In this document: positions 40,952 to 54,870 of the stretch, piece by piece
How positions within the stretch are numbered: the stretch's first letter is position 1
Layout of the letters: the number at the start of each line of letters is the position of its first letter
DNA from: Raja brachyura
Lineage: Eukaryota
Direction of reading: 5' to 3'
NCBI GenBank assembly: GCA_963514005.1
Contig: OY740810.1
Span: 15,562,001-15,626,000, forward strand
Length of the DNA stretch: 64,000 nt
Translations under genes and position numbers: made by a program
Notes under the pieces: generated by a model
The model's database searches: none
The model's input: the letters and a program-made list of their open reading frames with translations, nothing else
Told to the model about the DNA's origin: nothing

Positions 40952-40982
40952 TGTATGTATGTATGTGTGTGTGTGCGCGCGC
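40907..40982. repeat. Compound microsatellite (TA)n(TATG)n(TG)n
   Basis: Directly visible. Confidence 0.9.
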
Positions 40983-41205
40983 ACAACAAGGTGTTTTAAT
41001 TATCCAATTTGTCCACATGGTCACCCCAGTTTTACCCTGTAGCGACACACCACCGCCTATCCTTCCTGCAACTTAACAAGCTCATTTTGTCTCCTTCCCA
41101 GATCTGATGTAAGTTTTATAATCGGAATCATTACCCCTGTTTCTCTTCCCACAGGTACCACCTGAGCTGCTTAGTGTTTCTGGCATTTTCTGTGTTTAAC
41201 TTAGA

Positions 41206-42319
41206 CTAGACGAAGTGGGACCCATTGGGTTCCTGTCAGACGTGAGGCCTGGTCCCCCAACGCAACCCGTTCCCCCAATGCAATATTCCACCACTCATGC
41301 ATAGCCCCCAACTGTGCAGGCGTGGCTCATTTCCCCTCTTCCCCAGCACACTCTCCCCCGCCTCTTCACCCTCCACCTTCTTTACCCTCCTCCTCTCCTC
41401 CCCAATCCCTCCCTCACCTCTCCCTCCCTCTCCTTTTTCTGACCCTCGGTCAACTCCCTCCATAACTCATCTCCCCTCCCTACCCCCCTCCTATCCCTCT
41501 ATTCACCCACCTCCCCCACTCACCTCCACCTATCACCCCCACTATTGCTCCTCACTTCCCCCACTGGCCGCTTCTCCCTCTATTTCCCACTCCCTACCTC
41601 CCCCACTCCTCCCCCTCCCCTATCCCCCCTCCTTCCCACTCTCCATCCTCACCTACTCCCTCTTCTTTCCCTTCTCCTACCCTCCCTCTCCTTTCCCCTA
41701 CCCTCAGTCACTCCCTGCCTCCATAACTCCTCTCCCTCTATCCCCTCTTCCTCCCCCACTTTGCCCCCCCCCCCTCCCTACCCCCTCCTCCTTCAATCCC
41801 CCCAGTCTCCCTCACCTCCCACACTTTCTCTACCCCCTCCTCTCCCTCAATTCCCCCACTCTCCCTCCTTATCTCCCCAGGATCTTGAGGTTGATGCTCC
41901 TCTGACCGGAGGTTGCCTTGACCCAAGGCCGCGCCGACCGGAAACTGTGCCTGTCAAGGCCGGGCAGAGACAGGCGCCGCCGGTGACTGGCGGTGGACGC
42001 AGCCAATCAGTGTGGCGATGGTGCAGGAAGGGGCGTTGCCGTCCCGGCGGTGAATGAAGGCAGAGGAGACCAATCTGTGCATGCGCGGTTTTTAAGATTT
42101 TTAAACCTTAATTTTTAAAATATACCACTCACCGGAACAAAACCTGTTGCACTTGCAGCACAGGAGAATGGTGAGTAAGGTGGCAAAAAATCGTAGCGCC
42201 ATCATGTATTCTTTTTGCGCAAATGTAAAAACAACGCAAACCGGAAGATAACAAGATGAGAGTTTTAGTTATGTATGGATAGATATGTAGAGATAGATAG
42301 AGAGAGATGGAGAGATAGA
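41206..42319 (-). mobile_element. Non-autonomous Helitron-like element
   Basis: On the - strand: A|TC...CTAG|T ends, a short GC-rich hairpin (gaacccaatgggtcc) about 10 nt before CTAG, no TSD, and it splits a host repeat at an AT dinucleotide. Confidence 0.6.
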
Positions 42320-42621
42320 TATCCCACATCTGCAATTTTGGGGTTTTTAGCTCTTTGGAAATTTTGGCTGGCGAGTGATTTCTTTTTCTTTGAAAGAAAA
42401 AAATTATGGTGAATTTGCAGGAATTAAGTCAGCTTACCAAGACCTAACATTCCAGTCAAGAAAAATATCTTCAGGAATAGGAAGGGATATTTATTCTGCA
42501 GAAATGTGGAGAGTGGTAGAGGGATTGTTGCCCAAGATTTCAGCCAGACATCTGCCTGAAGTATAGTAGAAATGAATTAGTTATGGTGTAGAAAGGACAG
42601 ACGATGCATTTTACTTTGCAG

Positions 42622-42708
42622 GAAATTGAACAACGGATACTGCAGCAGACAACTTCCACTGTACAGAGTAAGCAAGACTCTGCTGGTCAACACCATACGT
42701 TCAAACAG
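42622..42708 (+). CDS. GATAD2A: GATAD2A coding exon 9
   Basis: Acceptor tactttgcag; EIEQRILQQTTSTVQSKQDSAGQHHTFKQ (human EIEQRLLQQ...HPVLKQ); donor gtatgg; 87 nt. Confidence 0.92.
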
Positions 42709-42785
42709 GTATGGAAGGCAAGTAGCATCTAAATTAATCATTGGATTTTAAAGCGTGTTAATTGGTTTTGCTTTTATTGAATGAA

Positions 42786-43076
42786 AGATAAAGCATGGAA
42801 ACAGGCCATTCAACCCATCGAGCCCATGCTGACCATCGATAATCCATTCACACTGGTTCTATGTTTACCCACGTTCTCATTCACTTCCAATAATTTACAG
42901 AGGCAGTTAATCTAGAAACCTGCACATCTTTGGCATGTTGGAAACCTGAGCACCCGGAGGAAACCCATACGGTCATATAGAACTTGCAAACTCCACACAG
43001 AGAGCATTCGAGTTCAGGATTGAACAGAGGTCTCTGGCGCTGTGAGGCAGCAGCTCTACCATCTGTGCTACTGTGC
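42786..43076 (-). mobile_element. tRNA-derived SINE, same superfamily (further copies near 14275-14610 on - and 20205-20420 on +)
   Basis: Reverse complement has gcacagtagcacagatggtagagctgctgcctcacagcgccagagacc and the same central domain. Confidence 0.75.
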
Positions 43077-43399
43077 AAAGCATTACAATTTTTAAGTAAC
43101 TCTCGAACCACTGGGGAATAATAGCCGAGTTTTAATGTTTCAGGGCTGCATCAGTTTGGTCTTTGCGAAATAGAAGACAGCGTTACTTGCCATGCAACCC
43201 ATTGCGCACTGAGCTGCATATCCTTCCTTCCACTCCTTGTGTTCAGGATGAAAGTTGCTGACTTTCTCCAGAATCCATTTCTTTTTCATTCAGACGAGTA
43301 ATGAAAATGTGTTTGAATGTTGGAATGTGACATGAAGAGCCAGCATTTGAAGGTAAAGGCCCATTCATTTACACTTGATTCTTGAATGTCATGTTGCAG

Positions 43400-43577
43400 A
43401 GCTCCAGCCAGCTGTCTCGAGGACCTCAGTCAACCACAGCCCGGGGAGTGCTGCACACGTTTAGCCAGTCATCCCAGCTGCAGAATGTGTCTCTCGTCAG
43501 CAGGCAGGGCAAGCATGGCGAGAGAGCCGGGGGGAAAGGCAACACCACAGCCTGGAGGAAGCAGATCTCCAACACAG
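43400..43577 (+). CDS. GATAD2A: GATAD2A coding exon 10
   Basis: Acceptor gttgcag; SSSQLSRGPQSTTARGVLHTFSQSSQLQNVSLVSRQGKHGERAGGKGNTTAWRKQISNT; donor gtaggc, phase 1. Confidence 0.93.
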
Positions 43578-44732
43578 GTAGGCTATGTAGTAATCGCCTC
43601 AGGCTGGCCGGCCACTCTACCCTACCACCATACCTACACCCCTTGCTAACTCCCCTCCACCCACTCTTTTCCCCACCCATATCCTCCTTCCGTCCCTTCC
43701 AAAACCCTCCACCCACTCTTCCCTTCCTTCTTGGATAGAGTGGATGTGGAGGCGATGTGCCTCAGAATTAAAAGATATTCCTTTAGGAATGAGATGAGGA
43801 ATTTCTTTAGTCAGAAGGTGATGAATCTGGAATTCTTTGTCACAGAAGACTGTGGAGGTCAAAATGGATATTGTTAAGGCAGAGATAGATTATTGATTAG
43901 TACAGATGTCAGATGTTTTGGGGCAAAGGCAGGAGAATGGGGTTAGGAGGGATTCAGCCGTGATTGAATGGCAGAGTGGACGTGATGGCCTATCACTTAT
44001 GACATAACCTGCTCCTATCACTTATTACATAACCTTCCCTCACTCCTTCTTCCCTTTCCTAAACTGTTCACACTTCACCCACTCTAACCCCTACGATTTC
44101 CACCCTCCATCCACTTTCCCCCTATTTTCTCCACCCCTATCCCCCTCCACCCACTCTCTAATAACATCCTACCAACTATTCCTTCACCAACCCACAACAG
44201 CTCCCACTCTGGCCTGCCCTTCCCTAAATCCCTCCACCACTTTCCCATGAACCCCTCTAGCTCCTCCACCCACCTTTCCTGAGCTGTTGCAAACGCTCTT
44301 CCCACCTGCACTTTCTAAACCCTCCACACATTCTTCTATAACCTTCCCCCAATGCATCTCACCGGTCTTTCCTCAAACCCTCTGCTGCCTCTACCCACTC
44401 TTGCCTCAACAAACTCCCCGCACATCCACCTCCCTGTCCTAAACCCCCTCCACTCATTCTCCCCTTAATCCACTATCCATTCTTCCCTAATCTTTTGCCA
44501 ACACCCACCTATCTGTCTTTGTTAAACACCCTGCCTCCTCTACGCATCCGTCCCTCACTAGCACACGGTGATCCTCTCCACTCTCCTGAATGAGAGTTGC
44601 TGAGGTGGAGTGAGAAGATGAGAAATTCCCACCAGTGTGCCAATTTTTACTTGGGTGTCAATGTTTCGGACTCTAGAGATCCCGGGTGCTTATTGTTACT
44701 GGGGACAGGCTAGAAGCGCAAGATGTTGCTAA

Positions 44733-44882
<150 letters not shown>

Positions 44883-47800
44883 ATGCACGGGTGGGTGGGA
44901 GGGGTAGAGAGAAACTTTGAGAGGTGGCCGCCATCACCCTGTACCCCTCGACAGCCGGGCAGTCCATCGGTCAAAGGTATGAGGCTCGGGTGACCCAGGC
45001 CGTTCCCCGTAGTCCTTTACAATGCAACCAGCATTTCTTGGCATTTTGAGCACAAAGCAAACGGTACAACATGTGACCAGTTAGAAATGGGCATTTATCT
45101 TGCCAGATTACAAGGAAAGCTGTCTGTGGAGAAAAGATCCTTTCTCCTTGCTGTTTCTCTGCGCCTGTGCGTGAGTGTACACCTTTAGTGCACCCATGTC
45201 TTTGTTTTTCACTTCAAGGCACAAATGAAACCATTGAAGATCTCGTGTTCCGCAGTAGCTGTGCTCCTCTGATGGGCAGGGAAGGGATGCCTCCTCTCTG
45301 CCTGAGGGCAAGCGTTATATTCGGTGAGAGGGGTAGGGTCGAGTGCTCATTTGGTTAGTTGGGAGTATCGATTCACAGCAGCAAAGGTACCAGGTGTCTC
45401 GGGGACTGAGTCTTGTTAATCTTGTGTGTCCCCTCGCACGATATATCAGACGTAAGGACATCTCCCATCTTGCACCTCGATGCCATGCTTATATAATTAC
45501 TCTTAGACAAACCATGTAATTCCTTTGGGTATTAACCCCAACCTTCACCCACGTAGAGAGCAGCCTGACTCTTCGGAGTTGGAATTTGAAGGTTTGTCTG
45601 GGGAGGGAAGAGATCGATGTCGGCACCGTGCGCTGGATTCATGCAGGAATGCTGACTATTTCCATCCCTCCTGTCACCTCCCCCCTTGCCTCAGCTACCG
45701 TGAGCAGTAGTCAGATCCCCACACATCCTACACTTCAAAACTGACAAACAGCAGCACCTTTAATATGTGGGAATAAAATGGTTAGCCTCGATGCAGCGTA
45801 CGTTCTGTTGCTTTTGAATGGGGACGATATGTGAACCAGGGGTTTGTCTCTGTTGCGAAATGTCCTGGTGTGAATATCAGTCCAGACCAGGATGTGACTT
45901 AAGCAAATGCTGAGTGCATGTAGAGGCGAGGAACTTTCTCTCAGCCCAACTGTTGTGGCTGAGCTGTTGTTTGGAGTGTCCCTGTGAACCTGTCACTGAC
46001 ACAGGCTTTCACTGGGATAAGAAGGAAGGAGGCTTGTCTTTACACTGAATCTCGCTGGGTTGGAGGGTGACCTGGCCTTGTGCTCCCTGACCCGCTGAGT
46101 AAGTCAAGCTTTCTTGAATGGGACCGTAATTAGATGATGGCTCAGTAATTGATAATCGAGTTGTATTTAATTCTGGACAGCGAGCTGATGACAGAGGTAG
46201 GCAGAATCACTCGATAACTGAGGAGGAGGCGCACTTGTGGTACAGCAGCCACTGTAGAAGCATCAACACCAACACGTGGCTCCTTCCAATCTCTACAGAC
46301 TTGTAAATTGCAGACTTTTTAACTCGCTGCTTTCCTCTAACCTGTGAATAATCTTTTGACATTAAGGCAGATTTTTTTTCCCCCCAATTTTTGATACAAA
46401 TTAGTCATTAGTAAGACTGAAAATATTTTGCCAGCTGTCCTTGTTTGTTAGAGATTTTGTTTGTGTTTAATTGGTTAGCTGGAATGACGTATTTAATTCC
46501 ACCAAAGTATCCTCCTAAGTTAATATTTTTGTGTGCATTTTTGCACTACGGTGATGGAAGTGTAATGGCAGAGTTTGTATGCCCTGACAATTGGATCCAG
46601 TCAGCCTAGTCCCGCTCTTTTGTCACAAGGGGCTGCGTGGCAACGTTTTTATAGCCAATCTCAATCCCAACCGTGTTCCCAGGGTCTACAGTTGTGGTGG
46701 TAATTTAGTGAGTGCACAGCGTACACCAGTCCAAGAGAGAACAGTCCCACCTCCCATCACCACTCTGCAGACATCGGATCCCAGTAGGGGCGGTTAATGT
46801 GTGGGTTGCCCATTGAGCTGGGCAAAACAGTCCTGTTCCTAGTAGCAGTCCACTCTCATCCGATGGGAAATTTGATTGTGTGCATGTGTAAAACAATCCT
46901 ATCCCTTGTTTAAAAGGCACGCATGTGTTCCTCACCCCACCATTCTGAACATCTTTCAGCGTGCTAACTTTTCCTTCTGTTGGATTTGGGGTGTTGAGAA
47001 AGTTGTCTCTCATTGACGTAGAGACTCAGATTCTCTATAATGCAATGTACATAACTAATGTTTACGCTGGTGTACAAGTTTGAGTTTGTCCTGATTTTGA
47101 TTTGGATCTTTAAAGAGTATGACGTTCAGGACTCTAGAAGGATGGTAGATATGGGGGTGAAATGGCACCCACTGCATTCTAGCCAAGGAAGTCCATCTCA
47201 CGCAACAATGTGGTGGTATTCTTCTCTGGTGCTTACTGGGAGATTTGTTTTTTTGCTGCCTGTGCTTACTGCTCACAAGGTAAATAGATGTTCGTTGTCC
47301 GTGAGAGCAGACCAGTTCCAATGCCATCTCTCCCACATCTATTTGTGAATGAAAGATGGTTGTTTTTATTGGAATATTTGAAGACTGATTGGGTTGCTGT
47401 GGGCAGCCATATTCCACGTGTTATAAGTTAATATATTCCCAGGCCAAATGATCGCTCTGTCGAGAATTCACGTCTGCCTTGACTAAATGGGAATCCCACA
47501 CTTTATTACAAATAAAGAGACCTGTAATAACTCCACCATGTTATACCACCATTCCAGCTTCTCTCCTCCCCCTCTCAAAGATGTCACCTGGAGGAGTGCA
47601 GGTCTGTGGGGAGGGGTTTTATGCAACCTTTCAGACAGCTTGCGTCTGTCTTCGTCGTGGGAGCCCTCCCTCGAGGGTTCACACGCAAACCTAGTCATCA
47701 CCTTTTGGGTTTGTATTCAGAGAGTGGTTTTAAAGGAAAGGTCAAGAAAGGACTTCACATAGTAGAGCAATTTATTCATTGAAAGAACCACAGCCTTTGG

Positions 47801-48430
47801 GAGAATGTGCCTCGTTTGGATGTTCAGTGACATGTTGATACCAAATATTGTAGCCAGCTTAACGTTGACAGCAGTCGCTCGGATTGAGGGAACTTCACAA
47901 ATCCTTTGGCCCATGAATCCCTTTTAGATTTGATGCCTTGCCCCCACCCCCACCCCACTGCCCCCACCAAGCTCTCAGAATTATTGCCCGGTGGCCGGGG
48001 TAAGAGGGAGCGACGGAGAGAGGTTTTTTTTCTGATATGAATGCACCAACGCAAAGTACCTCAAGAACACATTGTCAAGAGAGTGAAAGATTGTTTCACC
48101 GATGGAGCCACATTCTGAGCGAGGAGATAACTGCACAAGACAAACTCTCACACAAAATAATTTTTATCTTCATTTTTTTTGTCACAAACAAATTTATATT
48201 GGGGTGACTGGAACTGCAAGAGCCATTACAGATCTGTCGATACCTTTTGGACCTTCTATTTACTGTGACTATAATCTCTAATAGAACAAACTTACAGAGA
48301 AATTGCTGCAAGAAGCCTATTCCCACTGGAGAATTTCAATCCATGCTTGAAATGGATGATGTATATTGTATTGAGGGATTTTTAGAATTTGAATGACAAA
48401 TAAACAGGACAAACAGCATGCTGGCATGGT
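44883..48430 (+). other. Probable GATAD2A 3' UTR (~3.5 kb)
   Basis: Largely repeat-free stretch after the stop codon, ending at AATAAA 48399-48404 followed by a GU-rich tract (ttggtgtttggtgttgctttct). End point is inferred. Confidence 0.6.
48399..48404 (+). terminator. Candidate polyadenylation signal of GATAD2A
   Basis: AATAAA with a downstream GU/U-rich element about 40 nt later; a second ATTAAA lies near 48478. Confidence 0.55.
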
Positions 48431-50744
48431 TGTCTGATCCTCTTGGTGTTTGGTGTTGCTTTCTAAACTTGTGCGTATTAAAGTGAAGAGTCAGTGACGG
48501 CAACAACCTCTCCGTTGTCGGCTTCTAATGTGGAGCATTCTCAGGTAAGATGCACACTATGCTGATAAAAACGTAACACACCCACTACTACACTGTCCCA
48601 TCACACACTCCAGGGATCGGAACAGCATGGGACATAGGAACAGTTAGTGTTTAGAACTCCACTTTGCTGACCCATGGCACACAACAAGTTTTAGAACACT
48701 GTGGATTACATAAGTTTAAAGCACCCTCCTCGTGACCAACACACGGAGGATGGGAACATCATGGATTACATACAAATTAAAGCTCTTTCATCACTGACTG
48801 ATCACACACTCTTGAGGATAGAATGGCGTGGATGGCATACAGAAGCAAACTCCCCTCATACTCCTGTCAGACCTGCAGGGAGGTACAGCAGACAGGCCCT
48901 CTCTCCCTACATGGGATCACCAAGCACTCTCACTGAGGAGCAGTGTGTATTAGATGCTGACTAAAATTCCTTTCATACTGTCATCAAACAGTACACAATG
49001 AAGAGTTTACTAAGGTGTGGTGTAGTGAGGACAGTGCAAATCCTTCAGTGAAGCAAGTTGGTGTACAATTGGGTGCCAGAGATGGAGGGACAGTGATGGG
49101 TCGAATGGACAAGCTCAATCCAGGTGTGTGAAGACATCGACAAACGAGGTGACAATATTAACATTCTATTACAAATGGGCTCGGACAACAAGGTCAGTAT
49201 GCAGAGGCAGAAGAGAGTGTTCTCATGAATGCTGAGAGTAGTGGGACTGGGACTAGGGTCAAGATCTCAACTAATAACACTGAAACCTGTGGCAAGTGGC
49301 GATTTAAATTCAAGTAATTGGATTAATCTAGAACCAAAGGCTCTTCAATAGTGACTGCAACTATCATGTGCTTAAAAAAACCCCATTGTGTGGCAGTTGC
49401 TACACGGTGCCGGAGAACCGGGTTCAACACTGATCTCTTGTGCTGTCTGTGGAATTTGCATATTCTTTCTGTGACTGTTGGTTTCCCACGCCAAGTTTCT
49501 TTTACACACAGGGTGGTGGGTGCCTGGAAAGCGCTGCAGATGTGGTGGAGGCAGATACGAGGCTTTTAGAGTGGCACATGGATATGGTGGGATATGAATC
49601 ACATGCCAGCAGAAAGTAGTTCAACTGGGCAACATGGTTGATGCAGACTTCATGTCTTCCTGTGTTCCATGATATGTATCTATGGTGTTCTAAGTTCTGT
49701 GTTGTTGCAACATCGAAGCTTTGGACGATTGGCAGATACAATGACTGGAGTGGTGGTGGCTACCTTTGCCTTGCTGCATCCTACAGCTGTATCTGAGCAT
49801 CAGAGGAGAATGGTGCTGGCCCGACATGGGTGCAGGTGATGATTAGAAATAATGATTTTGGGCACCCTAAGGTGTTGAGGTGAATTAAAAAAATGAGAAC
49901 AATTAGTTCAGATTCCAGGGACAGAGTTGCTCTGATGCCCACCGTACTGAGCCCAGGCTAGAGACATGACACATAAAAAGTGACTTGCACTTCAGGTTTC
50001 CACAGTACAGCACAGGAACAGGCCTGAAGAAGGATTCCGATCTGAAACGTCATCCATTTTCTGCAGGGATGCTGCCTGACCCACTGAGTTAGTCCAGTAT
50101 TTCGTCTCTTAGGCCCAACCATGTCTGTGCTGACCATGATGCCAATCTAAAATAATCTCATCTACCTGCACGTGATCCATATATTCCTCCATTCTTTGAA
50201 TATCCATGTGCCTGTCTAAAAGCTTAAACAGCATCATATCTGCTTCCACCACCACCCCTGGCAGCACCTTCCAGATACCCACCTCCAGTCAGTGTGGGGG
50301 AAAAAACTTGCTGAATTAATTTCATTTAAACTTTGCCCCTCTCATCTTAAAGGTATGCCCTCTAGTCTTTGGCATTTACTTCCTGAGCGAAAGGTTCTAC
50401 TCAATCTTATCAATGCCTCATAATGTTATATGCTTCTCTCAGGTAGGGGGAGGGGGGGGGGGGGAGGAGAGCACATGGTTCCAATGTATGTGCTGTGGAA
50501 CAGAACTTCCCAGTAACAGCGGGATCATTTCTTCAAAGGTGTGGGGAGTGTGCGCAGAACCCCTTGTATGAACAATGCTCCCTCTTCCCCCCCTCAATAG
50601 TCACTCAGAGCAGGGAAGGGACTTGTCAAGGATATTGATGGTGGAATCGCCTAATTATTCATTCTGGAGCAGCTAGTAAAATCCACTCTAACATCACCAG
50701 CCCGGCAACAGGATAACCTTGTTCACGCGGCAAAAGTCCATTGA

Positions 50745-51660
50745 AGCACTGACTGCATGGAAACAGGCTCTTTAGCCAACTAGCCCATACCAAACAAGAT
50801 GCCCCATCTATACTAGTCCTACATGCCTGCGACTGGCCCATATCCCTCTCAACTTTTCCTATCCATGTACCTGTCCAAATGTCTTTAAAATGTTGCCCTT
50901 CAACTCCCTCCTCTGGCAGCTCGTTCCATATACCCACCACCCTCTGTGTTAAAAATGTTCCTATTAAATCTTTCTCCCCTCGCCTTCAACCTATATTCTT
51001 TGATTCTTAATTTCCCTGCTCTGGATAGAAAAACCTTGTGTTCCCCTCATGATTTATACATCACTATAAGATCGACTCGGCCTCTTGCGCGCCAAGGAAT
51101 AAAGTTAAAAATAATAGGAATAAATAATAGACTGCCCAACCTCTAACTGCAGATCAAGTCCTCAAGTCCTGGCAATATGTGTGTAAATCACTGCACTATT
51201 TCCAGCTTAACTATATGCTTCCTATAGCATGGTGATCAAATCTGAACACAATACTCCACCTTGGCCTCACCATTCTCTCATACAACGGTAACTCAAATTT
51301 CACTGTACCTTAGTTGGTTAAGTGACAATAAATGCAAACTTGAACATAAGATACCAACTTCTATTATCGGTACCCAGACTGATGAAGTCCAACGTGCTAA
51401 AAGCTTTCTTGTCACCCTATCTACCAGTGACACCACTTTCAAGGAACTCTGTACCGGTGTAGAGCCCTCTGCTCCACAACATTGCTCAGGGCCCTGCCAT
51501 TCACTGTGAAGGTCCTGACCCCTGGTTTGACTACCAAAAATGCAACACCTTGCATTTATCTGCGTTAAACTTCATTAACCATTCCTTTGCCCACTTGAGC
51601 AAGCTGATCAAGATCCTGCTATATTTTTTGATAACCATCATCACTATCTAGCGTTTGCAA
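50745..51660 (-). mobile_element. Degraded CR1 LINE fragments
   Basis: VGIWNELPEE and other CR1 ORF2 C-terminal remnants; boundaries approximate. Confidence 0.6.
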
Positions 51661-53934
51661 ACATTTACTCATCTACACGTGTATTCCTGCAGCAGGGACT
51701 GAGCTGCCTGCTGTTCTCTTCCTGCCAAGCCACCAGAAATCACCAGCTTTGCCCCCTTCTTGCTGGCTCACAAAATGGCGAAGCCTTAGTCCCTTCACCA
51801 AGCTGGGCCATGCAATGGTAGGGGGTAGGTGGTAGTGCTCAGCCTTGGGCAGAGAGAGCACTCTGCTGGACACCACTAGAGTGGACAAATCACTCAATCA
51901 ACCAGGTTGGATCACAGAGCTGTATGGCACAGGAATAAGCCCTTCAGCCCACCTTGTCCATGCTGCCTAAGTTGCCTGTTCCCAATTGCATGCATTTAGC
52001 CCATATCCCTTTAAATGCATTCCAATTATATATGTCCAAAAGTATTTAAAAAGCTAATTTTATCTACTTCTATAGCTTACCCTGGCAGTTTGTTGCAGAT
52101 ACTGAGTACCCTCTGGGTGTTCAAGAGAGAGGGGAGTAGGTCACATAAGGGATCATCATGGATGCAACCACATGGTGGGGAACACTCACACTGGGCTCAA
52201 GCATTCAATGGCACAAAGCAACCCACGATGGAGCTGCCCTCAAAGTGGACTAGTGTCGGGGTAACACAGTATGTCTGGCAGCATCTCTGGAGAACATCAA
52301 GAGGTTATGGTTCAATCGGGACGCTTTTATCTGCAACGTGGTCTAATCATGCTCTCCAGTACTCCAGCACCTTGTGTCTTATTTTGTAAACCAGCATCCG
52401 CAATTCCCTGTGTCTCAATTTTCCAAATGAGTCTGTCTACAGAGAGGTTCCTCTGGGATGCCCCATCAAACATGCCTGGGCCACAAGTTAGACACAAAGA
52501 GCAACTCACCCATCACCCAGGGACACAACAAAGGTCTGCTTACACAGTCCCATTGCACATTGGCACAGCATAGGTCAGATACAGAATAAACAAGGGTGGT
52601 TTTAGGAATGTAGCCAGTGGGGGGGGGGGGGGGGGGGGAATGGAACACCTTCACCTTTGAGCTCTGGCACCTGGCTGACTGAGTTTTGGACCAACAGCAA
52701 TGCAATCAGAAGGCAAGTAGGGTTTGGCCTGATTTGCTGAGTTACTACTGCACTTTGTATCTTTTTAACCTCGGCAAGCACCAGGACCCATTACAATTGG
52801 CATTTTGCCACAATAGATCAACAGGGGAGCCTCACCCATTGCTCTGTCTGTCTTATTTCCATTCTCCCTCCCCCTCATTGCCACTCTGCCCCGCCCACTG
52901 CCCTTCTGCTGCCTCCTACATCTCTTGACCAAGTGATTGCAATGTTTCTTGCCCTCACTCTGTCCACCACCTCCTAACAATATACGGCTTGGGAGCCAAG
53001 TGATTGGAATTGGATGGAGTCCACATCCTGCTCCCTCCCCAAGATGCAGGCAGTGACCATTTAGTGGTAGCAGTGGCTCAGCGAATTGGTGAGCTCCCAT
53101 ATTTGTGTCTGATAGTTGTGGGCTAAAATCCCGCTCCAGTGACAACATCCACACCTCCACTTCAGGGGCAGTTCGGAGGAGGCAACATGAATCTGGCTGA
53201 AATTTGAACCAAACTCTTCCACCCCCCACCCCTCTCAGGAAGGATCCAGTTACAAGTGCAGGGAGTTCTCTGTACTGGAGAATCAACCAGCACATCACTG
53301 CTCATTGAGACTTGCTGGCCTTTAATTGACTCGCAGATTTCCTTGAGTTACATTTATGAACACTCTATAAAATGCATTGCATTGATGATAGGCCACAATT
53401 AAATGTTATCTTTCTTCTATCTATAATTGGACAGATGTGTAGATAGGGAGGGTTTAGAGGGATGTGGTTCAAATGCAGGCAAATGGGACTAGCCCAGAAT
53501 GCCCATTTAGACAGCATGGACAAAGTGGGATTAAGGGCCTGTTTCCATGCTGTTGAAATCTATGACTGTTATCTTTAAATTCTATTTTCTTTAATCTGTA
53601 ATCCCCCTTTCTAATTCCTTAATCCCCTTTTCCAATCTCTCCTTAATCTCTCTAATTTATTTTGTTAATCTCTCTCACTTTCTAATCTTCCTCATTTTCT
53701 AATCTCTCTCTGCCACTTTGATCTCCCTCTTACTAATCTTTCTCTCTCTCTCTTTCGTTGCTGTGAAATCTAATAATTTGGAAAGGTGGTGTAACTGACC
53801 CAGTTTTAACCTGATGGATAACTGCAGCCAAGACACCAATCTTTGAAACTAGTTTACCAGCTGCAGATCTAGACAATGCCCAGGGCAATAATGCAACAAG
53901 GATCCTGAATTGAGCCACTTTAGAGCATATTCCT

Positions 53935-54870
<936 letters not shown>

